The position numbers were made by a program, and so were the translations under genes. From positions 144,252 to 208,251 of the forward strand of contig JBAXXQ010000001.1 in the NCBI GenBank assembly GCA_037127795.1: a stretch of DNA of 64,000 nt. Reading direction: 5' to 3'. The notes under the pieces were generated by a model, which worked only from the letters and a program-made list of their open reading frames with translations, did no database searches and was not told the DNA's origin. This DNA comes from a bacterium (GTDB taxonomy: Bacteria > Patescibacteriota > Minisyncoccia > Phycocordibacterales > UBA9973). Positions within the stretch are counted from its first letter, which is position 1. Each line of letters starts with the position of its first letter. This document shows positions 56,122 through 64,000 of this stretch, piece after piece.

Positions 56122-57747
56122 GTGTATAATACATATATGAAAAATTTTTTTAGGGTGAGTATCTCAATTTTTATTTTATTAGGAGTATTTTTTATTAATT
56201 CACAATATAGTTTTGCTACAACTACAGTACTAGGTAGTATTGGTACTTCTGCTAGTGGAGGTGAAGGTATTGCTATTGATTCTGTTGGTAATATTTATGT
56301 TGCCAATTACAATGATACTAATGTAATGAAAATTACACCGTCTGGTGTTTCAAGTGTCTTTTTTACCGCAGCAAGTCACCTTTTTTCTGTAGCTGTTGAT
56401 GCTAGCGATAATGTATATGTAGCAAATTTTAACACACAAAATATCACAAAATTAAGCTCTTCTGGTGTTGTTTTAGGAAATCCGTTTGCATCTGCGGGTA
56501 TTTTACCAATTAATATCAAATTAGATAGTGCAGGTAATATATATGTAGTAAATCGTGATGGAAACAATGTTACAAAAATTACTCCCGCTGGTGTTTCTAG
56601 TGTGTTTGGAACAACTGGGAATCAGCCTTATGCGCTTGTTTTAGACCCTGCTGGTAATGCGTATGTTGCGAACTATAATGATGGTACTGTCACCAAGATT
56701 ACTCCCGCTGGTGTTTCTAGTGTATTTGGAACAACAGGGAACCAACCTCACGATATTGCTATAGACTCAGTAGGGAATATTTATACTGCAAACTATAATG
56801 ATAATACTGTTACCAAGATTACTCCCGCTGGTGTTTCTAGTGTGTTTGGAACAACTGGTACTCACCCATATAGTATTGTCGTTGATAAGAATAATAATGT
56901 ATATACAACAGATAATGGTGGTGGCACCGTTACAAAAATTACTCCCGCTGGTGTTTCGAGTGTTTTTGAAAGTACACTAACACATCCTAGTGGTATTACA
57001 ATAGATACTGCTGGTACTATATATGTCGTAAATGTTGGAGGAGGTAATGTTAAAAAAATTACTCAAACATTTTCATCACCAAATACTATTTCTGCACTTA
57101 TTGGAACTCCTGCAGATACACAAATAAGTCTTTCTTGGACAGCTCCTGTTGTTTCGGATCTTTATACCCCTGTCACTGATTATAGTATTCAGTATAAAAA
57201 ACACACAGATAATTCATGGATGGACTTTTCACATAGTGCAAGTACTGCAACAACTGCGACCCTTTTAGGGCTTAGTTCTGGTACTGCGTATGATATACAA
57301 ATTGCTGCAATAAATAGTGCGGGTACTGGTTCGTATGTATCAGTTCAAGCTACCACTACTACACCAATTATTCACCATGGAGGTGGTATGTCTTTTGCAA
57401 AACCAAATCTTCCTAAAATTGTTGCGCCAAAAGTAACAACTAACGGAACTATTGATTTGTCTTTGGTAGGAGATGATATTGTCATGATGGCGTTTTCTGA
57501 TCATGCAGATTTTGCAAATGTTCCTCAGCAAATATTTACCCCAAAGGCCAAGTTGCAAGTATGTGACGTAACAAAGCTCTGTACTGCCGGAGTACATACT
57601 ATATATGCTCGTTTTTATAATAAAAACGGTATGTATGTAGAGACTACTATTCCAGTATCTTATACAGGAAAGGTTGTTAAAAAAGAGCCAGTAAAGAAGG
57701 TTATAGTAAAAAAGGTTGTTAAAAAGATAGCTAAAAAAAGTAATTAA
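56122..57747 (+). CDS. secreted NHL/beta-propeller repeat protein with FN3-like domain and Lys-rich C-terminal tail
   Basis: Signal peptide; at least six copies of an about 40-aa unit (ITPAGVSSVFGTTGNQPYALVLDPAGNAYVANYNDGTVTK); FN3-like SLSWTAP region; tail KKEPVKKVIVKKVVKKIAKK. Confidence 0.7.
   Translation: MYNTYMKNFFRVSISIFILLGVFFINSQYSFATTTVLGSIGTSASGGEGIAIDSVGNIYVANYNDTNVMKITPSGVSSVFFTAASHLFSVAVDASDNVYVANFNTQNITKLSSSGVVLGNPFASAGILPINIKLDSAGNIYVVNRDGNNVTKITPAGVSSVFGTTGNQPYALVLDPAGNAYVANYNDGTVTKITPAGVSSVFGTTGNQPHDIAIDSVGNIYTANYNDNTVTKITPAGVSSVFGTTGTHPYSIVVDKNNNVYTTDNGGGTVTKITPAGVSSVFESTLTHPSGITIDTAGTIYVVNVGGGNVKKITQTFSSPNTISALIGTPADTQISLSWTAPVVSDLYTPVTDYSIQYKKHTDNSWMDFSHSASTATTATLLGLSSGTAYDIQIAAINSAGTGSYVSVQATTTTPIIHHGGGMSFAKPNLPKIVAPKVTTNGTIDLSLVGDDIVMMAFSDHADFANVPQQIFTPKAKLQVCDVTKLCTAGVHTIYARFYNKNGMYVETTIPVSYTGKVVKKEPVKKVIVKKVVKKIAKKSN
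56581..57060 (+). repeat. 120-bp-period tandem DNA repeats (four near-identical units) inside the NHL-repeat gene
   Basis: attactcccgctggtgtttctagtgtgtttggaacaactgg... recurs at 56581, 56701, 56821 and 56941, more than 85% identical. Confidence 0.8.
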
Positions 57748-57764
57748 TACTTATATATAAAATA

Positions 57765-57795
57765 CAAAAACACTCTATACATAGGGTGTTTTTGT
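57765..57795 (+). terminator. terminator hairpin (AAAAACAC(C/T)CT family)
   Basis: aaaaacactctatacatagggtgtttttgtat. Confidence 0.7.
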
Positions 57796-57859
57796 ATTTT
57801 CAAAATAAGGTTTTTGTGGTATATTATTGACATACAAGTTATTAATTTATAGATATTTT

Positions 57860-58477
57860 ATGAGCATACTTTTTCCTATTATTATCGTATTGTTGTTAGT
57901 TTCTGGACTATTTAGCCTTATTCAGTGGAAGTTCAATATTATAGCAATTGCTATTTTAGTAGTTATTTGGTTTGTTACAAAATATAATAGTTTTGTAACA
58001 GGAAAAACTCGTGCACAAGAAGCACTTGCTGATATTGATGTACAACTCAAGCGTCGTTATGATCTTATTCCAAACCTGGTAAATACTGTAAAGGGGTATG
58101 CAACACATGAAAGTACTGCATTTGAAAAAGTAACTGCTGCTCGTACACTCGCTATGCAAGGAGGAAGTCTTGCTGATAAATCAAAAGCAGAAGGGGAGCT
58201 CAGTGGTACTCTCAAATCTCTTTTTGCAATTACAGAAGCCTACCCAGATCTCAAGGCAAATACTAATTTTATTGCATTGCAAAACGAACTCTCAGATACA
58301 GAAAACAAAATTCAAGCCGCTCGTCGTTTCTATAATGGTACCGTGCGTGATTTCAATGAAAGTGTTGCAATGTTCCCTGGTAATGTAATCGCTGCAATGT
58401 TTCATTTTTCTGCAATGGAATACTTCAATCTTCCAGAAGGTGATGTTGCTCAAAATCCTGTAGAAGTAAAGTTTTAA
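57860..58477 (+). CDS. lemA: LemA family protein
   Basis: N-terminal TM then LKRRYDLIPNLVNTVKGYATHE and FALQNELSDTENKIQAARRFYN, characteristic of LemA. Confidence 0.85.
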   Translation: MSILFPIIIVLLLVSGLFSLIQWKFNIIAIAILVVIWFVTKYNSFVTGKTRAQEALADIDVQLKRRYDLIPNLVNTVKGYATHESTAFEKVTAARTLAMQGGSLADKSKAEGELSGTLKSLFAITEAYPDLKANTNFIALQNELSDTENKIQAARRFYNGTVRDFNESVAMFPGNVIAAMFHFSAMEYFNLPEGDVAQNPVEVKF

Positions 58478-58503
58478 TAAAATATTTAATTAAGTATAAA
58501 AAT

Positions 58504-58851
58504 ATGTCATTCGAATCATTTCCACAACCTGTAAGTCAAGAACAAAATCCTGCAACAGAGATGTTGTTACAAAATGTAGAAAATCTTATCACCAATGCAG
58601 AAGATACTGATGTTATATATGGCACTATAAAAGGAAGAATAAAGACAGTTCCTACTACATATTTTGAAGAGTCTTTTGATGCAACAAAAGCTGATATCAA
58701 TACTGTGTTGGAAGCTATTATGGCAAAAATTCCTGCAGATGCAGAAATGGAAACACTTAATAGGGAATTGTTTATTGCTGATGCTGGTGAAAAAGAAAAA
58801 GCTATCGATGAAAGAATTGTAAAAAATGGAGGGTACGGTGTTATTATTTAA
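58504..58851 (+). CDS. hypothetical protein
   Basis: 115-aa acidic ORF between lemA and the SPFH gene; no motifs. Confidence 0.4.
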   Translation: MSFESFPQPVSQEQNPATEMLLQNVENLITNAEDTDVIYGTIKGRIKTVPTTYFEESFDATKADINTVLEAIMAKIPADAEMETLNRELFIADAGEKEKAIDERIVKNGGYGVII

Positions 58852-58872
58852 AAACTAATTAAGAGTTATTGT

Positions 58873-59628
58873 ATGTTATTTCCAATTGTAATTTTTGTTG
58901 TTGCGGTATTGTTTGCTTCATTGAAAGTAGTCAAAGAGTATGAGCGAGGGGTTATATTTTTTCTAGGAAAAGCAAGAGGGGTGCGTGGTCCTGGTCTTAT
59001 TTTTGTTATTCCAATTTTTGAAACAATGACACGAACACAGCTTCGTACGGTGACTATGAATATCCCTGCGCAAAAGATTATTACTCGCGACAATGTGTCT
59101 ATAGATATTGCAGCTGTTGCATATTATAAAATCGTTGACCCTATGAAGTCAGTGATTTCTATTGAAAATGTATATAATGCAGTAAATCAAATCAGTCAAA
59201 CAACAGTCCGAAATATCGTAGGGCAATTCCAGCTTGACCAGCTTCTTTCTCAAACAGGTGCTATCAATGAACAGATCAAAAATGTTATAGATACTCACAC
59301 AGAGCCTTGGGGTGCAGTAGTGACAGCAGTAGAGATCAAAGATATTGTACTGCCTGATAATATGCAGCGCGCAATGGCAAAAGAAGCTGAGGCAGAGCGT
59401 GAACGTCGCGCAAAGATTGTTGCTGCAGAAGGAGAAATGCAAGCCTCAGCAAAACTCGCAGAAGCGGCAGATATTATGGCTGCACACCCTGTGGCATTAC
59501 AGCTTCGCACATTACAAACAATGGCAGAAATTTCTGTAGAAAAAAATTCAACAATTATTTTCCCTGCACAATTTATGACTACTGTACAAGAAGCATTCAA
59601 AATGATCCAAAAAGATAATTCAAAATAA
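58873..59628 (+). CDS. SPFH/band-7 (stomatin/prohibitin-like) protein
   Basis: N-terminal TM, VKEYERGVIFFLGK, coiled-coil AKEAEAERERRAKIVAAEGE; typical stomatin-like layout. Confidence 0.85.
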   Translation: MLFPIVIFVVAVLFASLKVVKEYERGVIFFLGKARGVRGPGLIFVIPIFETMTRTQLRTVTMNIPAQKIITRDNVSIDIAAVAYYKIVDPMKSVISIENVYNAVNQISQTTVRNIVGQFQLDQLLSQTGAINEQIKNVIDTHTEPWGAVVTAVEIKDIVLPDNMQRAMAKEAEAERERRAKIVAAEGEMQASAKLAEAADIMAAHPVALQLRTLQTMAEISVEKNSTIIFPAQFMTTVQEAFKMIQKDNSK

Positions 59629-59629
59629 T

Positions 59630-60193
59630 ATGAATTTCAATATCAAATTTATTTATGCCGCATTGATAATTACTATCGTAGGTGGTCTTGTTGCGCATAG
59701 TTTGGTACAACACGCACAAGATTTGGGGGATAGGTTGGATAATGCAAATCAAGATAGTTCATTTGTAAAACCAGAGTATAAAAAAGGGAATCTAGATATG
59801 ATGATTGATTATCGTATTTGTAATATAGGCTGTATTACAAAAGAGCAATATCAATCAATACAAGGAAATAAAAATGATCTAAAAAGATTTTCTATATATC
59901 CTGGTCAAAAAATTTCTGGAGAAGTTTTTGTACAAGGAGAAATTTCTGGTGGATATTTTTTTGAAGGAAATATACTAATTAATATTCTTGATATAAATAA
60001 AAAAATACTTAAAGCTGGACACATATCAGCTACATCAGATTGGATGACCTCAGGGGTAGTTTCGTTTGAAGGAAAGGTTGATACAACCGATATTGTAGAT
60101 GGTTCTGTGTATATAGAAATCCATAATGATAACGCTTCTGATGATCCCAAAAATGAAAAAAGTATTCTTATACCGGTAATAATTGAAAATTAA
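59630..60193 (+). CDS. hypothetical membrane-anchored protein
   Basis: N-terminal TM (IYAALIITIVGGLVA) plus a beta-rich domain; no motifs. Confidence 0.4.
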   Translation: MNFNIKFIYAALIITIVGGLVAHSLVQHAQDLGDRLDNANQDSSFVKPEYKKGNLDMMIDYRICNIGCITKEQYQSIQGNKNDLKRFSIYPGQKISGEVFVQGEISGGYFFEGNILINILDINKKILKAGHISATSDWMTSGVVSFEGKVDTTDIVDGSVYIEIHNDNASDDPKNEKSILIPVIIEN

Positions 60194-60194
60194 T

Positions 60195-61103
60195 ATGTCT
60201 ACACTATACACACACAAAGATGAAAATATACAGAAAACTTGGGTGCTTATTGGGGTATTCTTGGTAGTAGTTGTTGGTCTGGGGTACACACTTTCTGTGG
60301 TGTATAACAATCAATTTATTCTTACTGTTGCAATTATTTTTGCCATCGTAATGAATATCACTAGTTTTTGGTATTCAGATAAAATTGCATTATCTATGGC
60401 ACATGCCGAGCTTGCAGATGAAAATGAATACAAAGATTTGCACAATATTGTAGAAAATCTTTCTATTACTGCAGGACTTCCAAAGCCACAAGTATGGATT
60501 ATTCCTGAAGAGGCACCAAATGCATTTGCTACGGGGCGCGATGCAAAACATGCAAGTGTTGCGGTGACTATTGGATTACTTCGTATATTGAATAAAACAG
60601 AGCTTGAAGGTGTTATAGCGCATGAATTAAGTCATGTAGGGAATAGAGATATTCTTTTGCAAAGTATGGTTGCAGTGCTTGTAGGGTTTGTGTCACTTGT
60701 TGCACAATTTGTCACCCGAAGTTTGTTTTGGGGTGGTATGAGAAGTCGTGATGATAGAAGTGGTGACGGAGGAATTATTGCTATTATGGGAATTATTTTT
60801 ATTATACTTTCGCCAATTATTGCGACTCTTATACAGCTTGCTATTTCGCGTAAGCGTGAGTTTCTCGCGGATGCGTCTGGAGCACTGCTCACACGATACC
60901 CTGAAGGACTTGCGTCTGCATTGCAAAAAATTAATGCATATAGTGGTGCTCCTATGCAAAATGCAAATACCGCAACAGCGCATATGTATATAGCAAATCC
61001 TTTTGCTAGTGGGGCAAGTATGGGGAAAAAAATATCAAACTTGTTTGCGACTCATCCACCAGTAGAGGAGCGTATCAAAGCGCTTACCGATATGAATATA
61101 TAA
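60195..61103 (+). CDS. htpX: zinc metalloprotease HtpX (M48 family)
   Basis: HEXXH in GVIAHELSHVGNRD, four TM segments, downstream Glu in SRKREFLAD. Confidence 0.85.
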   Translation: MSTLYTHKDENIQKTWVLIGVFLVVVVGLGYTLSVVYNNQFILTVAIIFAIVMNITSFWYSDKIALSMAHAELADENEYKDLHNIVENLSITAGLPKPQVWIIPEEAPNAFATGRDAKHASVAVTIGLLRILNKTELEGVIAHELSHVGNRDILLQSMVAVLVGFVSLVAQFVTRSLFWGGMRSRDDRSGDGGIIAIMGIIFIILSPIIATLIQLAISRKREFLADASGALLTRYPEGLASALQKINAYSGAPMQNANTATAHMYIANPFASGASMGKKISNLFATHPPVEERIKALTDMNI

Positions 61104-61107
61104 AATA

Positions 61108-61141
61108 AAAAAACCTCCGATTGTTCGGAGATTTTTTTATT
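61108..61141. terminator. bidirectional terminator
   Basis: aaaaaaacctccgattgttcggagatttttttat between the convergent htpX and the metallophosphoesterase gene. Confidence 0.75.
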
Positions 61142-62243
61142 ACTTAGTTTTTATTGTTACTACTACAATCTCTGGATTATTGAATAATCGCAATGGTGGT
61201 CCTGCAGTACCGACACCTTTTGAAGTGATAACGAACATATTCTCATATTTCTGTAATCCATAACTATATATGCCGTATATCATTCGCACGATATAGGTAT
61301 TTGGCCAAAATTGCCCATTATGTGTATGTCCTGAAACCATCAAATCAGTACCTGCGTGTTGTGCTTCAGATATAAAAACTGGCTGGTGGTTGATCAATAT
61401 ATGAGGTACCCCAGGGGTAAAATCTACGAGACTAATATCGTGGAGCGCTTTATCTACTTGGGTTTTTTCATGAAAAAGCATACCACCAATTTCTACTCCT
61501 TCATATGATACTTTTTTATCTTCGAGTACTGTTATACCTGCAGCATCTATTGATTTTATAAAGCCTGCATAGTCCCCATAGAGCTCGTGGTTTCCTGGTG
61601 CATAAAATACAGGTACCACAGCAGTAAGCTTTTTCCATGATTCTGAAATAGGGGTAGTATCAAGACTTGGCCCATCATAAAAATCTCCGCCATGTAAAAC
61701 AAAATCTGGATGTTGTGCAAGTATTGTATTAACAATTTTGTCTGAATATTGTTTTTGTAAAATAATACCGAAGTGGGTATCTGTCACAAGTACAAAACGT
61801 TTTCCATCCCAAGAGTTAGGGAAGTTGGGCAGAGTGATAGTGTAGTTTGTAATCTGTATTTGTTTTGCTTGTATAAATCCTACAGTAGTGAGCACTAATG
61901 GTGCTATAACAAATATAGATACTATCCAATACGGGGGAGTGACTCCTTTGGTGTAGAGTAATATTGCGCCTATTGTACCGAGGGCGAGCGCAGAAAGAAA
62001 AAGATAATACCCAAATCCTGCGAGATAGTCTGAAACAAAATATATCCAACGAGGAAGGTGGGGGTTTTTTGCTCGCGAGCTAAGTATGGTCAATAAGAAA
62101 AATACTGGGACACATAACGCGATCACCAATAACCAATGAGTAAGGATCGGACTTGTTTTTAGAAAAAAAGTATATATTTTCCAGGTGAATAGTGTCATTC
62201 CACAAAGAAGCGATATACCAAAAATACTTATTATTGCAATCAT
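61140..62243 (-). CDS. membrane-bound metallophosphoesterase (calcineurin-like)
   Basis: N-terminal TMs plus the motifs VTDTHFG, GGDFYDG, GNHE and GHTHNG. Confidence 0.8.
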   Translation of the reverse strand: MIAIISIFGISLLCGMTLFTWKIYTFFLKTSPILTHWLLVIALCVPVFFLLTILSSRAKNPHLPRWIYFVSDYLAGFGYYLFLSALALGTIGAILLYTKGVTPPYWIVSIFVIAPLVLTTVGFIQAKQIQITNYTITLPNFPNSWDGKRFVLVTDTHFGIILQKQYSDKIVNTILAQHPDFVLHGGDFYDGPSLDTTPISESWKKLTAVVPVFYAPGNHELYGDYAGFIKSIDAAGITVLEDKKVSYEGVEIGGMLFHEKTQVDKALHDISLVDFTPGVPHILINHQPVFISEAQHAGTDLMVSGHTHNGQFWPNTYIVRMIYGIYSYGLQKYENMFVITSKGVGTAGPPLRLFNNPEIVVVTIKTK

Positions 62244-62277
62244 GTAGATACTATATCATATATGGTAGAATAGGTTT

Positions 62278-64000
62278 ATGGAGACAATTTTTCAGACAAA
62301 GTATAAAGCACTCAATATCGAGCAAAAAGCTGCAGTAGATGCGCTCGATGGTCCTGTTATGGTGATAGCTGGTCCTGGTACTGGTAAGACCGAAGTACTT
62401 GCAATTCGTATTGCAAATATTTTGGATAAAACAGATACTCCGGCTCATGCCGTACTTTGTCTGACATTTACTCGCTCTGGAGTGTTTGCTATGAAAAAGC
62501 GTCTCGAAAGCTATATCGGACTTCGAGCACGTGAAGTAGAAATAAATACCTTCCACAGCTTTGCGCAAAATCTTGTACAAAAACATTACGAACTTGTCGG
62601 CTTTGCGAGTATGCCAGAGCTTATTGATGAAAAAGATTCTGTGCTTTTGTGTGATGAAGTTTTACACAATACCGATTGGCAATATTTGCGCCCTCGATCA
62701 AACCCTGCATTATATTTTAGAGATATCAAATCACTTATCTCTCTTTTGAAGCGAGAGCGAATACAGCCACAATACTTTCTTGAAACTATAGAAAAAGAAA
62801 TTAATTTTTTGGAGCAAGATCCAGATAGTATTTCTAGTCGAGGAGAAAGTAAGGGAAAATTAAAAAAAGAAATCATTACTCGTATCGAAGCACTTTCTCG
62901 CACCAAAGAAGTGGTCGCATTTTATGAAGTGTATGAGTCACTCAAAAAAGAACGAGGACTTATGGATTATGATGATGTGTTGAGCTATGCGGTAACACTG
63001 GTAGAAAATTTTGATGATGTACGCGCTGATATATATGAGCAGTATTTGTACGTGTTGGTAGATGAACACCAAGATTCGAGTGGTGTACAAAATGCATTCT
63101 TGCGAGCAGTCTGGGGAGAAATAGAAATGCCAAATATTTTTGTGGTAGGGGATGATAGACAGCTTATTTATGGATTTGGTGGTGCATCACTTTCTTATTT
63201 TGAAGAATTCAAACACGCTTTTGGTAAAGCTAAGTGTATTACCTTGGTACAAAATTATCGTTCAACAAAACCGATTCTCGCACTTGCAGACACTCTTCTT
63301 GCAAGCTCACTTGCTGCAGAAAAATTACAAAGCAATAAAAAAGGTGATCTTATTACCAATCTTTTTGAATACCAATATCCTCGTGATGAAATTATTGCAG
63401 CAGGGATATATTTTAAAGATCTTATTGCACAAGGAATACATCCGAGCGAAATGGCGATCTTGGTACCAAAAAATTTCTCTGTACGAAACGCACTTACTAT
63501 ATTGAGAGATATGGATCTACCTGTTACAAGCGGGGGAGCAATATCTTTATTTAGCACCAAAGAGTACGATATTTTTATGCGAGTATTAGGGATAGTGCTC
63601 GATCCGTATAATGCAAAATTACTTGCAGAGTCGTTGTTTGATAGTACGACAGGTATACTACCACTTGCGGCGCATCAATTTTTACACAATACACAAACAC
63701 GCAATCTCTCGCTCGATGTCCTACTTGCAAGTGGTAATGATATGACTATTTTTGATAGTCACAATCCTATATATAGTTGGGGGCAAAAATTACAAGAATG
63801 GATTACTTTTGCACAAGATGCCCAGCTAGAGCAATTGGTACAAAAAATTGGTACTGAGCTTTTTATAGATACTGCAAAAGACCATGTATCGCTTACTCGA
63901 GCGGTAGAAGTAGTACGTAGTCTTACGCATCTTGCTATTGCGCGCACTACTATTCGCACACTCAAAGATTTTGTCGCATATATACAACGCCTCGAAAAGT
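62278..64000 (+). CDS. UvrD/PcrA/Rep-family DNA helicase (3' partial; runs off the window)
   Basis: Open frame with no stop from ATG 62278 to 64000 and not in the ORF track; Walker A AGPGTGKT, motif III VVGDDRQLIYGFGGAS, motif IV VQNYRSTKPIL; TGG-TAGAAT extended -10 ends 8 nt before the ATG. Confidence 0.8.
   Translation, partial: METIFQTKYKALNIEQKAAVDALDGPVMVIAGPGTGKTEVLAIRIANILDKTDTPAHAVLCLTFTRSGVFAMKKRLESYIGLRAREVEINTFHSFAQNLVQKHYELVGFASMPELIDEKDSVLLCDEVLHNTDWQYLRPRSNPALYFRDIKSLISLLKRERIQPQYFLETIEKEINFLEQDPDSISSRGESKGKLKKEIITRIEALSRTKEVVAFYEVYESLKKERGLMDYDDVLSYAVTLVENFDDVRADIYEQYLYVLVDEHQDSSGVQNAFLRAVWGEIEMPNIFVVGDDRQLIYGFGGASLSYFEEFKHAFGKAKCITLVQNYRSTKPILALADTLLASSLAAEKLQSNKKGDLITNLFEYQYPRDEIIAAGIYFKDLIAQGIHPSEMAILVPKNFSVRNALTILRDMDLPVTSGGAISLFSTKEYDIFMRVLGIVLDPYNAKLLAESLFDSTTGILPLAAHQFLHNTQTRNLSLDVLLASGNDMTIFDSHNPIYSWGQKLQEWITFAQDAQLEQLVQKIGTELFIDTAKDHVSLTRAVEVVRSLTHLAIARTTIRTLKDFVAYIQRLEK

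Overview
This 64 kb window looks like a contiguous chromosomal segment of a small-genome, low-GC bacterium. Several traits together suggest a Candidate Phyla Radiation / Patescibacteria-like organism, but that is inference only: introns in the 23S rRNA gene, no rplA after rplK, large Ser/Thr-rich surface proteins, and a salvage-type nucleotide gene set. Most genes are core housekeeping. They include secE-nusG-rplK and a displaced rplJ-rplL pair. There are four aminoacyl-tRNA synthetases (argS, ileS, glyQS, metG), ndk, recO, recA, efp, ftsK, rpsF-ssb-rpsR, secDF, ftsW/rodA, htpX, uppP and a P-type ATPase. A compact dTMP-synthesis cluster carries dcd, an NDT-like gene, two tandem DHFR genes, thyA and tmk. 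A 23S-5S rRNA operon is present with no adjacent 16S. The 23S gene has two ORF-less intervening sequences at the classic group I intron sites L1931 and L2593. The strongest candidates for something new are four. First, ileS carries an intact histidine-phosphatase (PGAM-type) domain inserted where type-2 IleRS normally has its zinc knuckle, and an Ile-specific T-box leader sits upstream. Second, a conserved promoter/leader motif is shared by dcd and both DHFR genes. Third, a perfectly palindromic operator sits in the promoter of a wHTH gene, followed by a roughly 500 nt ORF-free structured region ahead of a 1034-aa peptidoglycan-binding surface protein. Fourth, a family of near-identical terminator hairpins recurs; two copies bracket a 155-aa orphan gene. 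No CRISPR array, transposase, integrase or tRNA gene was recognised by eye.
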